The notes under the pieces: model-generated | The model's database searches: none | Told to the model about the DNA's origin: nothing | Seen by the model: the letters and a program-made list of their open reading frames with translations, nothing else | NCBI RefSeq assembly: GCF_009914755.1 | Contig: NC_060948.1 | DNA: 64,000 bases | Reading direction: 5' to 3' (one strand) | Source of the DNA: the human T2T-CHM13v2.0 reference genome, Homo sapiens | Part shown: positions 57,001 through 64,000 of the stretch, piece by piece | How the letters are laid out: each line of letters starts with the position of its first letter | How positions within the stretch are numbered: the first letter of the stretch is position 1 | Position numbers and translations under genes: made by a program

Positions 57001-60000
57001 GAATGGAATGGAATTGAATGGAACGGAATAGAGTCGAATGGAATTGAATGGAATGGAATGGACTAGAGTGAAATGGAATCGAACCACAAGGAATGGACAG
57101 GAATAGAATGGTCTCGAATTGAATGGAATCGTATGGAATGGCATCAAACGGAATGGAATGGACAGCCACGGAATGGAATGCACTCGAATGCAATGGAGTC
57201 GAAACTAATGGACTGGAATAGAATGGACTCGACTGGTACGGACTCCAATGGAATGGAATCGAATGGAAGGGAATCGAACGGAAGGGAATCGAACGGAATG
57301 GACTCGAAGGGAAAAGACTGCAATGGAAAGGTCTCGAATGGAATGGAAATTAATGGAATGGAATGGAATCGAATGAAATGGAGTCAAAAGGAATGGAATC
57401 GAATGGCAAGAAATCGAATGTAATGGAATCGCCAGGAATTGATGTGAACGGAACGGAATGGAATGGAATCCAAAGGAATGGAATAGAATGGAATGGAATC
57501 GAATGGAAAGGACTCGAATGGAAATCACTCGAATAGAATGCAATTTAATAAAATAGGATCAAATGTAATGGAATGGAATGGAAAGGAATCGAAACGAAAG
57601 GAATGGAGACAGATGGAATGGAATGGAACAGAGAGCAATGGTATAGAATGGAATGGAATCATCTGGAATGGAATTGAATGGAATGGAATAATATGAAATG
57701 GAATGGAATGGAATGGAATGGAATGCCCTTGAATTAAATGGACTGGAATGGAATGGACTCAAACAGAGTGGAATGGAAAGTGTGGAGATAGAATGGAATG
57801 AACTCCTTTGGAATGGTGTAGTATGCAATGCAATCGACTGGCAGGGAATCAAAAGGAATGTAATCGAATGGATTGGACTGGAATGCAATGGACTCGAATA
57901 GATTGGAAACGGAATGCAAAGGAATGGAATGGTATAGTATGGAATGCAATGGAAGGGAATGGAGTGGAATAGACTAGAGTGGAATGGAATGGACTGGAAA
58001 GCAATGGACTGGAATGGAACTTTCTTGGATGGACTGGAATCAAACGGAATGGAATGCAATGCAATCAAATGGCATGGAATAAAATAGAATGAAAGAGAAT
58101 CAAATGGAATTGAATCAAATGGAATCGAATGGATTGGAAAGGATTAGAATGGAATGGAATGGAATTGACTCAAATGGAATGGACTAGAATGGAATGGATT
58201 CGAATGGAAGGCAAAGGAATGGAATCTATTGGAATGGACTGTAATGGAATGGAATGGAAGGGATTGGAATGGACTCGAATGGAATGGACTGCAATAGAAA
58301 GGATTCGAATGGAATGAAAAAGAATTGAATGGAATAGAACAGAATGGAATCAAATCGAATGAAATGGAATGGAATAGAAAGGAATGGAATGAAATGGAAT
58401 GGAAAGGATTCGAATGGAATGCAATCGAATGGAATGGAATTGAACGGAATGGAATAAAATGGAAGAAAACTGGCAAGAAATGGAATCGAAATGAATGGAG
58501 TGTTATGGAACAGACTCAAAAGGAATTGAATGTAATAGAATGGAGTGGAGTGGACTCGAATATAATGGACTGGAATGGAATGAAATCACATGGAATGGGA
58601 ACGAATGGAATGGAATGGAAAGGAATGGAATCGAATGGAAAGGAATCGAATGGAAGGGAATGAAATTGAATCAACAGGAATGGAAGGGAATAGAATAGAC
58701 GGTAATGGAATGGACTCGAATAGAATGGACACGAATGCTCAAATTGAATGGACTCGAATGGAATGGAAACGAAAGGAATGTCATCGAATGGAATTGAATC
58801 GATTGGAATGAAATCGCATAGAATGGAGTGGAATCAAATGGAATTGAATCGAAAGGAAAGGAAGCGAATGGACTGAAATGAAATGGAATGGAATTGAATG
58901 GAAAGTAATGCAATGGAATAGAATGGAACGAAATTTCACGGAATGGAATCAAACTGAATGGAATCAAATCAATGGAATCAAATCAAATGGAATGGAAAGG
59001 AATTGAATGGAGTAGATGGGATTGGATGGGATTGGAATGAAATGTACTGGAAAGGACTCGAATTTCATGAAACGGAATGGAATGAATTGGAACGGAATGG
59101 ACTCGAATGGAATGGAATGTCATGGGATGGCATCAAATGTAATGGCATCAAATGGAATGGAATCGAATGCAATGGAATGCTATGGAATGGAATGGAATGC
59201 ATTGGAATGGAATGTCCTCTAATGGAATGGATTCGAGTGGAATGGAATTGATTATAATGTAGTCGAATGAAATGGAATTGAAAGGAATGGGATCGAATAC
59301 AATGGAATATACTGGAATGTAACGTAATGAACTCGAATGTAATTGACTGGAATGGAATGTACATGAATGGAATGTAATCGAATGGAAAGTAATCCAATGG
59401 AATAGAATCTAATGCAATAAAATCGACTCAGATAGAGTAGAATGTAATGGAATGGAGTGCAGTGCAATGGAATGGAATGGAATGGAATGCAATGGAATGG
59501 AATGGAATGGAATGGAATGGAATGGAATGGGATGGAATGGTATGGAATGGATATTAATGGACTGGAGTGAAATGGACTGGAAAGGAATGGACTCAAATTG
59601 AAAGGTCTCGAAAGGAATGGAGTCAAATGGAATGGTCTGGAATGGAATGAACACGAATGTAATGCAACCCAATAGAATGGAATCGAATGGCATGGAATAT
59701 AAAGAAATGGAATCGAAGAGAATGGAAACAAATGGAATGGAATTGAATGGAATGGAATTGAATGGAATGGGAACGAATGGAGTGAAATTCTATGCAGTAG
59801 AAGAGAATAGAATGGAATGCAAGCGAAAGGAAAAGAATGGATTGGAATGGAATGGAATTCATTGGAATGGAAGGGAATGTAGTGTAATGGACAGGCCTGG
59901 AATAAAGTGGAATGCTACGGTCTCGAATGGAATAAAAATGTATGGAATGGAATGCAATGAAACGGAATCGAATGTCATAGAATGTAATGGAATGCAAAAA

Positions 60001-63000
60001 AATGGAATCCAAAATCATTGACTGGAAAGGCTGGGTGTCGAAAGGAATTGACTCCAATGGAATGGAATCGAATGGAATGGAAGTGAATAGAATCGAACTA
60101 AATCGAATGGAATGGAATTGATAGGAACGGAATGGAAAGGAATGCAATGATTTGGCATGGAATGGAATCGAATGGCATCGAATGGAATGGAATGGAATGC
60201 AATGGAATGGAATGTATTAGAATGTAATGAACTTTAATGGAATGTACTCGAATGGATTCGACTGGAATGGAATGTTCTGGAAGTGAATGGACTCCAATGG
60301 AATGGATTCAAAAGGAATGGAATCGTACGGAATGGAATCTAATGGAATGGAATTAAATGGAAATGAATCAAATTGAATAGCACGGAATTGAGTTGAATGG
60401 AATGGAATGCAATGGAATCTAATCAAACGGAAAGGAAAGGAATGGAATGGAATGGAATGGGCTGGAATGGAAAGGAATCGAAACGAATGGAATGGAATCG
60501 AACTGAAGAGACTGGAATGGAATGCACTGGAATGGAAGGGAGTGTAATGGAAGGTTCTCGAAAAAAATGGAATCGAATGGAATGGAATTGAATGGAACGG
60601 AGTAGAGTCGAATGGAATTGAATGGAATGGAATGGACTAGAGTGAAATGGAATCGAACCACAAGGAATGGACAGGAATAGAATGGTCTCGAATTGAATGG
60701 AATCGTATGGAATGGCATCAAACGGAATGGAATGGACAGCCACGGAATGGAATGCACTCGAATGCAATGGAGTCGAAACTAACGGACTGGAATAGAATGG
60801 ACTCGACTGGTACGGACTCCAATGGAATGGAATCGAATGGAAGGGAATCGAACGGAAGGGAATCGAACGGAATGGACTCGAAGGGAAAAGACTGCAATGG
60901 AAAGGTCTCGAATGGAATGGAAATTAATGGAATGGAATGGAATCGAATGAAATGGAGTCAAAAGGAATGGAATCGAACGGTAAGAAATCGAATGTAATGG
61001 AATCGCAAGGAATTGATGTGAACGGAACGGAATGGAATGGAATCCAAAGGAATGGAATAGAATGGAATGGAATCGAATGGAAAGGACTCGAATGGAAATC
61101 ACTCGAATAGAATGCAATTTAATAAAATAGGATCAAATGTAATGGAATGGAATGGAAAGGAATCGAAACGAAAGGAATGGAGACAGATGGAATGGAATAG
61201 AACAGAGAGCAATGGTATAGAATGGAATGGAATCATCTGGAATGGAATTGAATGGAATGGAATAATATGAAATGGAATGGAATGGAATGGAATGGAATGC
61301 CCTTGAATTAAATGGACTGGAATGGAATGGACTCGAACAGAGTGGAATGGAAAGTTGAGATAGAATGGAATGGACTCCTTTGGAATGGTGTAGTATGCAA
61401 TGCAATCGACTGGCAGGGAATCAAAAGGAATGTAATCGAATGGATTGGACTGGAATGCAATGGACTCGAATAGATTGGAAACGGAATGCAAAGGAATGGA
61501 ATGGAATAGTATGGAATGGAATGGAAAGGAATGGAGTGGAATAGACTAGAGTGGAATGGAATGGACTGGAAAGCAATGGACTGGAATGGAACTTTCTTGA
61601 ATGGACTGGAATCAAACGGAATGGAATGCAATGCAATCAAATGGCATGGAATAAAATAGAATGAAAGAGAATCAAATGGAATTGAATCGAATGGAATCGA
61701 ATGGATTGGAAAGGAATAGAATGGAATGGAATGGAATGGACTAGAATGGAATGGATTCGAATGGAAGGCAAAGGAAATGAATCTATTGGAATGGACTGTA
61801 ATGGAAAGGAATGGAAGGGATTGGAATGGACTCGAATGGAATGGACTGCAATAGAAAGGATTCGAATGGAATGAAAAAGAATTGAATGGAATAGAACAGA
61901 ATGGAATCAAATCGAATGAAATGGAATGGAATAGAAAGGAATGGAATGAAATGGAATGGAAAGGATTCGAATGGAATGCAATCGAATGGAATGGAATCGA
62001 ACGGAATGGAATAAAATGGAAGAAAACTGGCAAGAAATGGAATCGAAATGAATGGAGTGTTATGGAACGGACTCAAAAGGAATTGAATGTAATAGAATGG
62101 AGTGGAGTGGACTCGAATATAATGGACTGGAATGGAATGAAATCACATGGAATGGGAACGAATGGAATGGAATGGAAAGGAATGGAATCGAATGGAAAGG
62201 AATCGAATGGAAGGGAATGAAATTGAATCAACAGGAATGGAAGGGAATAGAATAGACGGTAATGGAATGGACTCGAATAGAATGGACACGAATGCTCAAA
62301 TTGAATGGACTCGAATGGAATGGAAACGAAAGGAATGTCATCGAATGGAATTGAATCGATTGGAATGAAATCGCATAGAATGGAGTGGAATCAAATGGAA
62401 TTGAATCGAAAGGAAAGGAAGCGAATGGACTGAAATGAAATGGAATGGAATTGAATGGAAAGTAATGCAATGGAATAGAATGGAACGAAATTTCACGGAA
62501 TGGAATCAAACTGAATGGAATCAAATCAATGGAATCCAATCAAATGGAATGGAGTAGATTGGATTGAATGGGATTGGAATGAAATGTACTGGAAAGGACT
62601 CGAATTTCATGAAACGGAATGGAATGAATTGGAACGGAATGGACTCGAATGGAATGGAATGTCATAGAATGGCATCAAATGGAATGGCATCAAATGGAAT
62701 GGAATCGAATGCAATGGAATGCTATGGAATGGAATGGAATGCATTGGAATGGAATGTCCTCTAATGGAATGGATTCGAGTGGAATGGAATCGAATATAAT
62801 GGAGTCGAATGAAATGGAATTGAAAGGAATGGGATCGAATACAATGGAATATACTGGAATGTAATGTAATTAACTGGAATGTAATTGAATGGAATGGAAT
62901 GTACATGAATGGAATGTAATCGAATGGAAAGTAATCCAATGGAATAGAATCTAATGCAATAAAATCGACTCAGATAGGGTAGAATGTAATGGAATGGAGT

Positions 63001-63396
63001 GCAGTGCAATGGAATGGAATGGAATGGAATGCAATGGAATGGAATGGAATGGAATGGAATGGAATGGAATGGGATGGAATGGTATGGAATGGATAGTAAT
63101 GGACTGGAGTGAAATGGACTGGAAAGGAATGGACTCAAATTGAAAGGGCTCGAAAGGAATGGAGTCAAATGGAATGGTCTGGAATGGAATGAACACGAAT
63201 GTAATGCAACCCAATAGAATGGAATCGAATGGCATGGAATATAAAGAAATGGAATCGAAGAGAATGGAAACAAATGGAATGGAATTGAATGGAATGGAAT
63301 TGAATGGAATGGGAACGAATGGAGTGAAATTGTATGCAGTAGAATGGAATAGAATGGAATGCAAGCGAAAGGAAAGGAATGGATTGGAATGGAATG
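42077..63396 (+). repeat. Six heterogeneous monomers (3513, 3539, 3568, 3584, 3574, 3542 bp)
   Basis: EcoRI at 42077, 45590, 49129, 52697, 56281, 59855, 63397. Length differences are accounted for by visible 10/15/30-bp and 1-2-bp indels plus GGAAT tract length. Confidence 0.9.
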
Positions 63397-64000
63397 GAAT
63401 TCATTGGAATGGAAGGGAATGTAGTGTAATGGACAGGCCTGGAATAAAGTGGAATGCTACGGTCTCGAATGGAATAAAAATGTATGGAATGGAATGCAAT
63501 GAAACGGAATCGAATGTCATAGAATGTAATGGAATGCAAAAAAATGGAATCCAAAATCATTGACTGGAAAGGCTGGGTGTCGAAAGGAATTGACTCCAAT
63601 GGAATGGAATCGAATGGAATGGAAGTGAATAGAATCGAACTAAATCGAATGGAATGGAATTGATAGGAACGGAATGGAAAGGAATGCAATGATTTGGCAT
63701 GGAATGGAATCGAATGGCATCGAATGGAATGGAATGGAATGCAATGGAATGGAATGTATTAGAATGTAATGAACATTAATGGAAGGTACTCGAATGGATT
63801 CGACTGGAATGGAATGTTCTGGAAGTGAATGGACTCCAATGGAATGGATTCGAAAGGAATGGAATCGAACGGAATGGATTCTAATGGAATGGAATTAAAT
63901 GGAAATGAGTCAAATTGAATAGCACGGAATTGAATTGAATGGAATCGAATGCAATGGAATCTAATGAAACGGAAAGGAAAGAATGGAATGGAATAGAATG

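Larger units (their letters stand above)
1..64000 (+). repeat. DYZ1: Human Satellite III (HSat3) array, DYZ1-type ~3.56-kb repeat (probably Yq12 heterochromatin); GGAAT strand is +
   Basis: Continuous GGAAT pentamers with variants (CGAAT, GCAAT, TGAAT, GGACT). Landmarks such as GGAATTCATT, ACAGGCCTGG, GGCTGGGTGTCG and ACAGCCACGG recur every ~3.54-3.58 kb. Period and the per-unit EcoRI/HaeIII sites match the classical DYZ1 '3.4-kb HaeIII' repeat. Chromosome assignment is by recognition, not by alignment. Confidence 0.93.

Noticed and set aside
218-63689. Hundreds of 60-320 aa ORFs (MEWNG-type on +, FHSIP-type on -)
   Set aside because: Pure GGAAT/ATTCC repeats contain no stop codon in any frame, so long ORFs arise by default. 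They repeat with the monomer, break at random indels and resemble no protein family I recognise.
1-64000. CRISPR-like or prokaryotic repeat-spacer system
   Set aside because: No unique spacers and no cas-like ORFs; the sequence between landmarks is the same satellite.
1-64000. DYZ2/Alu/L1 insertions, HSat2 blocks or strand inversions
   Set aside because: None seen. The GGAAT strand stays on + throughout, and all unit-length differences are explained by small indels and the 903-bp deletion.

Overview
The whole 64-kb window is one uninterrupted, single-orientation array of degenerate (GGAAT)n human Satellite III. It is organised as a ~3.55-3.58-kb repeat with an EcoRI (GAATTC) and a StuI/HaeIII (AGGCCT) landmark in each unit, which best fits DYZ1 of Yq12 heterochromatin. 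I see no genes, RNA genes or mobile elements; the ORFs in the track are read-throughs of the pentamer. EcoRI-anchored unit starts are 1115, 3761, 7340, 10884, 14458, 18002, 21576, 25120, 28704, 32248, 35826, 39406, 42077, 45590, 49129, 52697, 56281, 59855 and 63397, giving 18 complete units. Points of interest are (i) two units with the same 903-bp deletion 38.3 kb apart, (ii) a young ~7.12-kb dimeric higher-order repeat over ~4-32 kb, (iii) a divergent subtype recurring at ~14.3 kb, (iv) a hypervariable near-pure GGAAT tract in each unit, and (v) up to three perfect nGAAnnTTCnnGAAn heat-shock elements per unit, one invariant and two switched on or off by subtype SNPs. I found no evidence of a novel protein-coding system. 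Variant tallies were read by eye and should be confirmed by alignment.
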